Positions 17,517 to 26,992 of a stretch of DNA of 64,000 bases are shown in pieces. Both the position numbers and the translations under genes were made by a program. Each line of letters opens with the position of its first letter. Within the stretch, counting starts at the first letter, position 1. Location of the stretch: the IMG/VR virus record IMGVR_UViG_3300010883_000001, positions 64,001 to 128,000 of that record. The stretch is one strand, 5' to 3'. The DNA comes from a virus. The notes under the pieces were generated by a model that was not told the origin of the DNA, ran no database searches, and worked only from the letters and a program-made list of their open reading frames with translations.

Positions 17517-20500
17517 AAAAAACACCCTCAAGATTCGTAGGTCTTCATGCACATTCTGGATTTTCTACATTTGATGGATTAGGATACCCTCAAGAACATA
17601 TTGATTATGTAAAATCAAATGGAATGGACTGTTGGGCACTTACTGACCATGGTCACATGAATGGTTTTGCACATGCTTATTTACATGCTGAAAAATTAAA
17701 AAAGCTTGGTGAGAATTTTAAATTTATTCCCGGGTGTGAAATGTATGTTCATCCGGATTTAGATGTATGGAGTCTAGACTACAAGCTAGCCCGGGCGGCA
17801 AAGCGAGGTGATCATGAGTCGATCACAAAACTTAGACAGCAAAGGGAGTCCATAGTAACCCCTATTCTTGCAGTAACCGATCGCGATGATGAGATTATAG
17901 ATGTTGATATAAATGAAGGAGGTATGACTGTAGAGAATGAGGAGGAGACTAAGTCTGCAAAATTTTATGATCCCGTTAAACGCCGGCATCATTTAGTTGT
18001 ACTACCTAGAACTAGTGAGGGTTTAAAACGTTTATTTTCATTGGTCTCCAAAGGTTATCTTGAGGGATTTTATAGATTTCCGCGTGTAGATTATAAGATG
18101 TTAAAAGAGGCCGCTAAAGGTGGTCATTTAATGCTTAGTACGGCATGCCTAGGAGGCCCCGTCGCATATGAAGTATTCAGGCATTTACAAGAAGTTTCAT
18201 TTAATAATCTTAATGCTTCTCTTTTAGATGATAGATCATTAATGGAGAAGACAATCCTTGGTGTTGGAAATGCATATGGATCACTGTGTGACGCAGTAGG
18301 GCGTGAGAACGTTATGCTTGAGTTACAGTTCAATAAACTCCCAGCTCAACATTTGGTGAATAGAGCTATACTTGAGTATTCTAGAAGAAACAATTTATCA
18401 GATCAATTAATAGTAACTTGCGACTCGCACTATGCAAATCCAGAACATTGGAAAGAGAGAGAATTATATAAGAAGTTAGGATGGTTAAATTATCGTGATT
18501 ATGATCCTTCTTCGTTACCACAAAGTCGCGACGATTTAGAGTGTGAATTATATCCGAAAAACGAAACACAGGTCTGGGATTCATATACAAATACATCTTC
18601 TGGGTATGATTTTTATAATGATGAAGAGATATGTAGCGCTATTGAGAGAACGCATGATATAGCACACGAAATGATAGGCGATATCACAGCCGATAAAAAA
18701 ATGAAGCTGCCGTCATATATAGTACCTCAAGGCACTGATGAAAACACGGCACTTCTAGAAGCTTGTAAAAAAGGATTAATAGAGAAGGGCTTACATGCTA
18801 ACAATGAATATATAGACCGCTTAAAGCTAGAGCTCTCTGTAATACGCAGTAAGGATTTTTCTAGATATTTTTTGACGATGAAGTCAATTCTTGATATTGC
18901 AAGAGAACGCATGTTGATAGGACCGGGTCGAGGATCCGCAGCTGGTAGTCTGGTTGCATATGTACTTGGAATAACAAACGTTGATCCTATAGAATATGGA
19001 TTATTGTTTGAAAGATTTTTATCTGTCCATCGTGAGGGCGCACCAGACATTGATACTGACGTAGGCGATAGGGATCTTCTGATTGATCTACTCAAGGCAA
19101 ATTTTGGTGATCAGAATGTTGTTCCTATTTCAAATTATAACACTTTTAAATTGAAATCATTAGTAAAAGATATATCACGTTTTTATGGTATACCCTTTGA
19201 CGAAGTAAATAAGGCACTGGCACCGGTTGAGAATGACGTAAAAAAAGTAGTCTTTACAAAGGGTACCGACAAAAACCTTTTCGTGTTATTGTATGAAGAT
19301 GCCATTGCACACTCGGCATCATTTCGAAGTTTTATTGAAAAGTATCCTGAGGTAGCTGAACCAATCGAAATTTTATTTAAGCAAAATAAGTCCTTGGGTC
19401 GACATGCTGGCGGAGTAATAATCAGTGAAAATATTCCGGAGCAGATGCCCTTGATACTCGCAAGGGGTGAGCTACAGACCCCTTGGGTCGAAGGGATGCA
19501 TTATAAACATCTGGAAGAGTTTGGGTGGATTAAATTTGATCTTCTTGGATTAGAAACCCTACGAATAATCCAACGTTGTATAGAGCTAGTTTTGAAGAGG
19601 CATGAGGGAAATGAGAACCCGACTTTTGTTGATGTGAAGAAATGGTTTGACCAAAACATGGATCCGAAAGTCATAGATTTTAATGATGAAGAAGTGTTTC
19701 GAAACATATATCATCAAGGAAAATGGGCTGGAATATTTCAGGCTACGCAACGAGGCGCACAGGCATTTTTTAAGAAAGGAAAGCCTTTGAGTATTATTGA
19801 TGTTGCTACGCTTACATCAATTTATCGCCCAGGTCCGTTAAGTGCTAATGTGCATAAGATATATTTGGGATCAAAGGACAATCCAGAAGATATAGATTAT
19901 CAACATGATCTTATTAAACAGGTTCTGGAACCGACATATGGTGCGATAATCTTTCAAGAGCAAGTTATGGAGTTATGCAACGTTGTAGCCGGTTTCCCTC
20001 AGGAAGACTGTGATAAGGTTCGTAGAACAATCATGAAGAGATCTGCGTCTAAGGCAGATGCTATGAAAGCCGAGGCTGAAGCTTTAAAGAACAGATTTGT
20101 TGAGGGTGCTGTCACAAATGGCGTGGCACAGGATGTTGCTAGCGAATTATATGAGAAAATCTTATTTTTCTCCGGATATGGTTTTAATAAATCTCATGCC
20201 GTATCTTACGCAGTTGATTCTTACTATTGCGCATGGTTGATGCACTACTATGAGGAGGAATGGCTGTGTGCTTATCTTGAGGCTATGTCAAGTACTCCGG
20301 ATAAGTTGGCAAAAGCATCTAGCGAGATTAAAAAGCTGGGATATAAGACGGTACCTCTAGACATAAATTATGCTGAAAAGACCTGGACAATATTAGACGG
20401 GAAGAAATTTATGCCATCATTCTTATCATGCAAAGGTATAGGACTAGCCGCAATCGACGAGATTATGAAAAATAGACCGTATAGCTCAGTTGATGATTTA

Positions 20501-21112
20501 CTATGGGATGAATCAGGTAAGTGGCGACATTCAAAGTTTAATAAGCGTGCGTTAGGCTCACTTATTCGTGTTTGTGCATTTGGGTCCATGGGCTTAGTTG
20601 GCGAAAGGAAGGCATTTTCTTCATATAAGCAGATGCACGAAATACTAATAGATAAAAACCAAGATATAAAAAAGTCAACAAGGAAAGATCCATGGAGAGG
20701 TAAAAAAGCAATGACTGAATTGCTGGTTGAATCAGATACTTCAAGCGAATGGACATCTTATGAGCTAGCAAAGAATAGTATTGAGCTGTTGGGATCATTT
20801 AGTTCGAAATTACTAGTGGATGACGAGTTACAAAAAGAGCTACAAAAAAGAGGCATTCACACAATTGATGAATATCACTCAAAAGACCTATATTGGTTTA
20901 TTGTAAAGAAGGCAATCCCAAAGTTGACAAAGAATAAAAAGCCGTATCTACTATTGACAATATCTGGTACTGAAGGATCGGAAAGTCGGATGTTCTACTG
21001 GGGATGGAATGGAAACACAGATATATCAGAGTTTTCAGTTTGTGTGGCAGAAATTGACAGGAGCGATTTTGGATTTTCAACTAGATCCGGAAAGATAAAG
21101 GTAATTAGATAA
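17513..21112 (+). CDS. dnaE: DNA polymerase III alpha subunit (family C)
   Basis: PHP domain (HAHSGFS.FDG, TDHG, CDSH), GRGSAAGS, FERF, PDIDTD, HAGG, KFDLLGL, RPGP, FQEQ, YGFNKSH. Confidence 0.97.
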   Translation: MKKTPSRFVGLHAHSGFSTFDGLGYPQEHIDYVKSNGMDCWALTDHGHMNGFAHAYLHAEKLKKLGENFKFIPGCEMYVHPDLDVWSLDYKLARAAKRGDHESITKLRQQRESIVTPILAVTDRDDEIIDVDINEGGMTVENEEETKSAKFYDPVKRRHHLVVLPRTSEGLKRLFSLVSKGYLEGFYRFPRVDYKMLKEAAKGGHLMLSTACLGGPVAYEVFRHLQEVSFNNLNASLLDDRSLMEKTILGVGNAYGSLCDAVGRENVMLELQFNKLPAQHLVNRAILEYSRRNNLSDQLIVTCDSHYANPEHWKERELYKKLGWLNYRDYDPSSLPQSRDDLECELYPKNETQVWDSYTNTSSGYDFYNDEEICSAIERTHDIAHEMIGDITADKKMKLPSYIVPQGTDENTALLEACKKGLIEKGLHANNEYIDRLKLELSVIRSKDFSRYFLTMKSILDIARERMLIGPGRGSAAGSLVAYVLGITNVDPIEYGLLFERFLSVHREGAPDIDTDVGDRDLLIDLLKANFGDQNVVPISNYNTFKLKSLVKDISRFYGIPFDEVNKALAPVENDVKKVVFTKGTDKNLFVLLYEDAIAHSASFRSFIEKYPEVAEPIEILFKQNKSLGRHAGGVIISENIPEQMPLILARGELQTPWVEGMHYKHLEEFGWIKFDLLGLETLRIIQRCIELVLKRHEGNENPTFVDVKKWFDQNMDPKVIDFNDEEVFRNIYHQGKWAGIFQATQRGAQAFFKKGKPLSIIDVATLTSIYRPGPLSANVHKIYLGSKDNPEDIDYQHDLIKQVLEPTYGAIIFQEQVMELCNVVAGFPQEDCDKVRRTIMKRSASKADAMKAEAEALKNRFVEGAVTNGVAQDVASELYEKILFFSGYGFNKSHAVSYAVDSYYCAWLMHYYEEEWLCAYLEAMSSTPDKLAKASSEIKKLGYKTVPLDINYAEKTWTILDGKKFMPSFLSCKGIGLAAIDEIMKNRPYSSVDDLLWDESGKWRHSKFNKRALGSLIRVCAFGSMGLVGERKAFSSYKQMHEILIDKNQDIKKSTRKDPWRGKKAMTELLVESDTSSEWTSYELAKNSIELLGSFSSKLLVDDELQKELQKRGIHTIDEYHSKDLYWFIVKKAIPKLTKNKKPYLLLTISGTEGSESRMFYWGWNGNTDISEFSVCVAEIDRSDFGFSTRSGKIKVIR

Positions 21113-22200
21113 TGCGGGTCTTAGTAGTCGGAGGAGGTATATTTGGTACCACGATAGCATCAGAACTATCAGAGCATGGAAATGATGTAACATTAATTGA
21201 AAAAGAAAATACCTTGATGACGGCAGCCAGCAGGGTAAATCATAATCGTGTTCATTTTGGCTATCACTATCCTCGTAGTCCAGAGACGGCAAGACAATGT
21301 CTAGACAGCATTCCCAGTTTTTTAATGCATTATGGTGATTCTGTAGTATCGGATTTCCCTAACTATTATACGATTGCTAATGAAGGTAGCTTCGTAACCC
21401 CGGAACAGTTTATTGATTTTTGTAAAGAGGTTAAAATTGATTTCTACGAACAATATCCACCTAAGCATCTTCTTAGAAGAGACAAGCTAGCAGCTAGCTT
21501 TAGGGTAAGAGAGCCTATTTTTAGTACCAGTCGATTAGCACAGCTAGTTAACGATCGATTAGATCGAGCAGGTGTGAACGTTCTTGTAAGGACACAAATT
21601 ACTAAGGCTAAGAAAAATCCTGGAGGTGGATACTCTGTAATGATAAATGGTGCTAGGTGTATATTTGATAAGGTTATTAATGCAACATACGCCGGCCTGA
21701 ATACTGTAAATAAGGTGTTTAATGTCCGGCCTCATGAACTACGGTTTGAGGAGACAGTAGTACCAGTATTCAAGTTCAGTCACACACCTGTTGGGCTGAC
21801 TATAATGGATGGTCCCTATTGTACTATAATGCCTCATGGAAATATTTCGGAAGAGTTTTTACTTTGGCATGTTGATGGCGGAGTTTTATCTCATGCTACT
21901 GACATTAAAAATATTCGTAGGGTTGTGTCATCTGATGAAGAGATCGCGGCTCGTATAATTGAGATGTCTGCTGAGTTTATGCCTTTTATGGAGGGCGTGG
22001 AATTTCTTTCATTGATGAAAACAGTAAAGACTGTCTATGAGAATAAGTATGATGCAAGAATGTCTGAGGTTCATACGTACGACGACAGTCCGGACTTTAT
22101 CTCAGTATTATCTGGGAAGATAATGTGTGCACCTCAGATTTCATATCAGGTTCGAGAATTAGTTAGGGGTAAGAAGTATCACAGGAGTATTTTGGTATGA
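21112..22200 (+). CDS. FAD-dependent oxidoreductase (DAO-like family)
   Basis: VVGGGIFG dinucleotide-binding motif, ASRVNHNRVHFGYHYPRS, VINATY, IMDGP. Confidence 0.8.
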   Translation: MRVLVVGGGIFGTTIASELSEHGNDVTLIEKENTLMTAASRVNHNRVHFGYHYPRSPETARQCLDSIPSFLMHYGDSVVSDFPNYYTIANEGSFVTPEQFIDFCKEVKIDFYEQYPPKHLLRRDKLAASFRVREPIFSTSRLAQLVNDRLDRAGVNVLVRTQITKAKKNPGGGYSVMINGARCIFDKVINATYAGLNTVNKVFNVRPHELRFEETVVPVFKFSHTPVGLTIMDGPYCTIMPHGNISEEFLLWHVDGGVLSHATDIKNIRRVVSSDEEIAARIIEMSAEFMPFMEGVEFLSLMKTVKTVYENKYDARMSEVHTYDDSPDFISVLSGKIMCAPQISYQVRELVRGKKYHRSILV

Positions 22201-22862
22201 TAAAGAATATACTAATTTTTGGTGCATCTGGTTATGTGGCACGTCATTTTAGCGAAAAATATTTTAATCATTATAATATTATTCACTTTGCTAGAGAAGA
22301 TTTTGATTTTTTGAGACCTGATTTTGAAAAATTGGTTGAAAATTTAATCGAGAAACTTCAACATTTACGGCAACCACGACATGGCGGCGTAGATGGGATT
22401 GTGTTTTTGCAAGGAATTAACCCCTCATTTGGAGTAAGTGACATAGATGATAATCAGTTTCATGATATGTTAAGTATAAATTTATCAGTACCACTTCAGG
22501 TTATTAGGCAAATTAAAGACTGGATTAATAAAAGTGCATCAATCACATTTATATCATCCATTGCAAGAAAGAAAGGGAGTTATGATCCGAGCTATGCTTC
22601 TGCAAAAGCGGGGCTGGTTGGACTTCAGCAGGCTTTGTCAAATCATTTTTCTGATATTCGTTTTAATACGATATCACTCGGGTTGGTTGGGGGATCCCCT
22701 GTTCACGAGGGAATGACAGATGATTTTGCCCTTAAACATCTAGATGCCATGGGAGGAAAATTGGTAAAAGTTGATGATGTTTGTAAAGCTATAGGTTTTT
22801 TGATAGAATGTGATAGTATTTCTCGCGCGATTATTCCAATTGATAGAGGGTTTAAGTTATGA
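22197..22862 (+). CDS. Short-chain dehydrogenase/reductase
   Basis: IFGASG, ISS (catalytic Ser), YASAK (YxxxK), C-terminal IDRG. Confidence 0.85.
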   Translation: MIKNILIFGASGYVARHFSEKYFNHYNIIHFAREDFDFLRPDFEKLVENLIEKLQHLRQPRHGGVDGIVFLQGINPSFGVSDIDDNQFHDMLSINLSVPLQVIRQIKDWINKSASITFISSIARKKGSYDPSYASAKAGLVGLQQALSNHFSDIRFNTISLGLVGGSPVHEGMTDDFALKHLDAMGGKLVKVDDVCKAIGFLIECDSISRAIIPIDRGFKL

Positions 22863-23389
22863 GTGATCAAAAGATCATAATCTTTGATGGTCCGGACGGG
22901 TGTGGAAAGACAAATATCGCAGCTGCGTTGTCAAGACTTCTAGATATTCCCGTTTTTAAGAATGAATTTGAATGGGATCATTTTAATCTTGGCTCAAGTA
23001 ATGATTATTTTATTAAAGCAATAGAATATCAGCACCCCTACGTGTTATCTTTCTTAAAGCAAACCAGACATTCAGCAATATTTGATAGGGCTCATCCTTC
23101 TGAGTTTGCATACTCCCGCGTATTTGAGAGAACAACAAGTTGGAGGGCTTTAAAGATGTGTGATGATATGAGTGCTGAAATGTCTGTAAAAATAATTATT
23201 CCCTATCGCACAAATTATGAAAATGTCGATGATGAGTTTGGGGTAAATCCCATAAAGCTAGTAGAGATTGAATCCGAGTATAGAGCATTTGCTAAGTGGA
23301 CCAAGTGTGATGTAATGTGGTTAAATGTTGATGATGAAGATTTAGATAGGGAAATTAAGGAAATCGTTGATTTTTTGGAGATGGTATAA
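22859..23389 (+). CDS. dNMP/thymidylate kinase-like P-loop kinase
   Basis: FDGPDGCGKT Walker A; FDR motif. Confidence 0.85.
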   Translation: MSDQKIIIFDGPDGCGKTNIAAALSRLLDIPVFKNEFEWDHFNLGSSNDYFIKAIEYQHPYVLSFLKQTRHSAIFDRAHPSEFAYSRVFERTTSWRALKMCDDMSAEMSVKIIIPYRTNYENVDDEFGVNPIKLVEIESEYRAFAKWTKCDVMWLNVDDEDLDREIKEIVDFLEMV

Positions 23390-24420
23390 TGAGGGTACTG
23401 TTTAGTTATTGGGGATTTTGTGAGAGCTTTGAAGACTGTAACGAACCGAATACACCTGATGGATCTAGATTCACTAGACCGATGTTTGTTAATGCACTTA
23501 CGATTGCAGGGCACCAGGTAACATCTCTACAAAAAAGAAGAGAGAAAAATGAGTACCCCGGGATTACATATGATCCAGTTGGTTTACCTGATGGTGATAT
23601 TTTATTTATTGAGTGGCGCTGGAAGACGTGGAAAAATTTTGGTGATACTAAATTTGAGAATGATTATGACAGGCAAATCGAATTATTGCAACACTATCAT
23701 GGAGAGGTACCCGTCGTAATATGGGACTGTGATATGAAATTGACGTCTGAGGATGAGAATAGGTGGCCTGAGGCTATCATTGCTGACCCTACAATGGACC
23801 CTAAGCAACTTACCAGAAAGAGGGCTAGGTTACCATTTTCATCAGATCTGAAATTTTTAGTTGAGCCGTATGAAGACCCGGTTAGGTATGGGTATATCGG
23901 GAACAATTACGAGCGAGATGAGATGTTTGAAAAATATTATAATTGTCCCGCAAAATCTCTTAGGCCGGAAGGAATTCAAACATCAGTTTTTGGAAACTGG
24001 CTTCTGCGATCTCCGGAGAGAATGTCTCCTGAACATGTAACGAAGAAATTTCGTAATATTGCGTTTATTGATAGGGTTGGGTTTACTGAATCCATGCAGC
24101 AGTTGAGAAAATTCATATGTACTACACATATCACAAAGCCAGAGTATGCAAAGAGGGGATTTGTCTCGCCTAGGTATCTTGAGAATATAGCAACATGTAC
24201 TCCTTCATTGGTACCTTGTGAGTTTATGATGAATAATATTTTAGGAAATAATTGGATGGCATCAAGCTCAGGCAGTGTTGTCAAGGCTGTAAGATATTTG
24301 AGATGTCTTTTACCAGAAGATCGTGCTGCGGTTGTTGATGAGCAAAGGTATAATTTGAGAAATAACCTGAATGTTGATGTTAAGCAAACAGTTGAGTTTT
24401 TAGAGGGTTTGATAAAATGA
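23389..24420 (+). CDS. GT-B glycosyltransferase, putative DNA/nucleotide-base modifying
   Basis: N-terminal NALTIAGHQVTSL, DILFIEWRW and VVIWDCD; C-terminal YIGNNYER and SPRYLE (R-x-x-E) resemble GT-B donor-binding domains; operon context. Confidence 0.65.
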   Translation: MRVLFSYWGFCESFEDCNEPNTPDGSRFTRPMFVNALTIAGHQVTSLQKRREKNEYPGITYDPVGLPDGDILFIEWRWKTWKNFGDTKFENDYDRQIELLQHYHGEVPVVIWDCDMKLTSEDENRWPEAIIADPTMDPKQLTRKRARLPFSSDLKFLVEPYEDPVRYGYIGNNYERDEMFEKYYNCPAKSLRPEGIQTSVFGNWLLRSPERMSPEHVTKKFRNIAFIDRVGFTESMQQLRKFICTTHITKPEYAKRGFVSPRYLENIATCTPSLVPCEFMMNNILGNNWMASSSGSVVKAVRYLRCLLPEDRAAVVDEQRYNLRNNLNVDVKQTVEFLEGLIK

Positions 24421-25412
24421 AAAAATCAGTATTAATTACTGGAGGTTGTGGCTTTATAGGGGGCAATCTTGTAAAAGCACTATACAATAAGGGATGGGTT
24501 GTTGATGTTGTTGATCACAGTGTAGAGATAGATCCGGATATATTTTCCCATGATGGAAAAAATGTGACGAGAATTTGTCCGGCTGCGTTAATGCCAGCGT
24601 TACAAAAAAGGGATAGAGAAGACAAAATATTAGTAATAACGTCTGATTTTACTGACGAAAATATTTTGAAGAAAATTTCTAATAAAAAATATGATATAGT
24701 TTTTCATATGGCCGCTGAACCCCGAGTGGGGTTTAGTGTTAAAGATCCTGTCTTTACAACTGAAGAGAACTTGTTTAAGACAGTTGTGTTGTTTAAGGCC
24801 TGTGCTGATGCTGGTACAAAGGTTGTATTTTCCTCCTCATCAGCAGTTTACGGAAATGCTGATCAACTACCCACCAGCGAAGATTGCAAAAAGAAACCAG
24901 CATCCCCATATGCATTGCAGAAGTTACATGCGGAGGATTACGCAAGGTTATTTAGCGACTTGTATGACTTAGATGTTGTATGTCTGAGGTATTTTAACGT
25001 ATTTGGCCCCGGGGCTCTAGGCAGTTCTCCTTACGCAACGGCAGTTGCTGCATGGTGCCAGGCAATATATGATGGAAACACATTACGAAGTGATGGTGAC
25101 GGAGAGCAAACGCGGGATCTTGTTTATGTGGATGATATTGTAAGAATTAATATTGCCCTAGGGAAAAGTGCTAAAAACTTTAAAGGCGATTGTTATAATG
25201 TTTGTACCGGTAAGTCATATAGCAATAATTACGTATTATCTAGGTTTAGGGAAAAATTTTCTAATTTAGAGATCGTTTCTGCTCCTGCTCGTATTGGAGA
25301 CGTTAAACATACTTTAGGTGATACCAGTAAGGCAACAAATGATCTTGGATTTGAGGTTGTACATGATTTCGATGATGCTTTAAAGGCAACATGGGCATGG
25401 TGGGGATTTTAG
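24417..25412 (+). CDS. NAD-dependent NDP-sugar 4-epimerase/dehydratase
   Basis: ITGGCGFIG, HMAA, SSSAVYG, YALQK, LRYFNVFGP, GDGEQTRD. Confidence 0.9.
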   Translation: MKKSVLITGGCGFIGGNLVKALYNKGWVVDVVDHSVEIDPDIFSHDGKNVTRICPAALMPALQKRDREDKILVITSDFTDENILKKISNKKYDIVFHMAAEPRVGFSVKDPVFTTEENLFKTVVLFKACADAGTKVVFSSSSAVYGNADQLPTSEDCKKKPASPYALQKLHAEDYARLFSDLYDLDVVCLRYFNVFGPGALGSSPYATAVAAWCQAIYDGNTLRSDGDGEQTRDLVYVDDIVRINIALGKSAKNFKGDCYNVCTGKSYSNNYVLSRFREKFSNLEIVSAPARIGDVKHTLGDTSKATNDLGFEVVHDFDDALKATWAWWGF

Positions 25413-25422
25413 GGGAAAAAAA

Positions 25423-26412
25423 TTGCATATTGTCTCTCATTCGTTTAACGACTGCTATAATCAGTTGGCGAAATATTTGTTAACAAGCGGGGAATATGAT
25501 GTATCCCCTAGAGGCCAGAGGGTTAGAGAATCTTTATGCGTAAGTTTTAAGATTGAAAACCCTAGGGATAGACTAATCTATAATCCGGCGAGAAAATTTT
25601 CTTTCACATATGTTATAGCGGAGATGCTTTGGTATATTTCTGGAAATAATAAAACGTCGTGGATATCTCATTATTCTAAATTTTGGAATAAAATATCTGA
25701 TGATGGTAAGACGGCCAACTCTGCATATGGTGCTAGGATATTTGAGAAAAATGAAAGAATCGCAGGATCCCAATTTATTCAGTGGGATTTTATAAAGGAG
25801 GAGTTAAGAAAAGATCCGGATTCTAGAAGGGCAATAATTCATATCCGCGTTCCGGAGGATTCTATAAAGGCAAAGCTTGATGTCCCCTGTACAATATCAA
25901 TACAATACTTTATAAGATCTGAAAAATTACATTGCATAGTCAATATGAGATCTTCTGACTTAATTTTAGGGATAAGCTACGATATTCCTGCGTTCACATT
26001 TATGCAGGAGATGATGGCAAATGAATTGGGGGTTGATGTAGGCTCTTATATGCATGTCAGTAATTCATTGCATGTATACGAGAGACATTTTGATATGCTA
26101 GAAAAGATAGCATCAACAGAAAATATTAATAAGTCTTATTCATTAAGTTCAGGAGCTAGAAAACTTAAATTACCACAGGGTGATCTACCCATATATAGTT
26201 TAATGCAGTTTGAGGACGCTATGCGAAAAACCACCCATAATAAAACCGCATTAGATTTATTAGATTCATCGATTTGTTTATTCGATGATTATTGGAATGA
26301 TTGGCTACGAGCGCTAGCAGCGCATAGGGTTCTTAAAAATGGTGATAAACATCTTCACGATAATATATTATATAGGTGTGATCGCTTGAGGGGGTGTTAT
26401 GAGAGATCCTGA
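25423..26412 (+). CDS. Thymidylate-synthase homologue of dCMP-modifying type (dCMP hydroxymethylase-like)
   Basis: SAYG, DSRRA, PCT (Cys156), RSSDLILGISYD (Asp187), SLHVYERH; Asp where ThyA has Asn177. Confidence 0.85.
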   Translation: MHIVSHSFNDCYNQLAKYLLTSGEYDVSPRGQRVRESLCVSFKIENPRDRLIYNPARKFSFTYVIAEMLWYISGNNKTSWISHYSKFWNKISDDGKTANSAYGARIFEKNERIAGSQFIQWDFIKEELRKDPDSRRAIIHIRVPEDSIKAKLDVPCTISIQYFIRSEKLHCIVNMRSSDLILGISYDIPAFTFMQEMMANELGVDVGSYMHVSNSLHVYERHFDMLEKIASTENINKSYSLSSGARKLKLPQGDLPIYSLMQFEDAMRKTTHNKTALDLLDSSICLFDDYWNDWLRALAAHRVLKNGDKHLHDNILYRCDRLRGCYERS

Positions 26413-26992
26413 GTTTATAATTTTTACTGGACCAATGTTCGGTTCAAAAACTACTAGAATGCTAGCATGTGTAGACAGGTATAGATACCAGCATAAACTT
26501 ATTGCAGTATTTAAACCAAAGATAGATGATAGATACGAGACTGATAAAATTAAAACACATTCAGGTTTGTCTATACAGGCGCACTGCGTCGAGTCAGGTT
26601 ACGAGATTGCTGATATTATAACTAAAATTGAGCTAGCGTCACTTAAGAGAGTTGACGTGATTGCCGTTGATGAAGCTTTTATGATTGAAGGATGCTCGTC
26701 GACGCTAATTCAATTGTTTAAAACAGGATACACAATCGTAATTGCGTCGATACAATTATCGGCCACCGGCGAGCCATTTAATGAAATTAAAGATATTCTG
26801 CCATGGGGGACAAGAGTTGAGGTTTGTCCAGCAGTATGTTCTAGGACTGGCGAAGATGCATATTATACATTTAGAAAAGTTGAATGTTTGGATAGCATTA
26901 TGATTGGAGGTTCTGATATGTATGAGGCCAGGTGTTGGTCAAGTCATCCTGGACTGAATTCCTTGGAGAAATTAAATGATAGAGCCATCTAG
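26399..26992 (+). CDS. tdk: Thymidine kinase
   Basis: GPMFGSKT, KPKIDDRY, THSG, VDEAF, IGGSDMYEARC. Confidence 0.88.
   Translation: MRDPEFIIFTGPMFGSKTTRMLACVDRYRYQHKLIAVFKPKIDDRYETDKIKTHSGLSIQAHCVESGYEIADIITKIELASLKRVDVIAVDEAFMIEGCSSTLIQLFKTGYTIVIASIQLSATGEPFNEIKDILPWGTRVEVCPAVCSRTGEDAYYTFRKVECLDSIMIGGSDMYEARCWSSHPGLNSLEKLNDRAI

Noticed and set aside
17513-21112. Intein in DnaE
   Set aside because: Length is normal for DnaE; no C...HN splice junctions or LAGLIDADG motifs seen
16494-25412. LPS/capsule biosynthesis island
   Set aside because: No flippase, polymerase or membrane GT; the sugar genes are interleaved with DnaE, a dNMP kinase and the dCMP-type TS homologue. Virion glycosylation remains a less likely alternative
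25423-26412. Ordinary thyA
   Set aside because: Asp instead of Asn at the specificity position, PCT instead of PCH, and thyX is present
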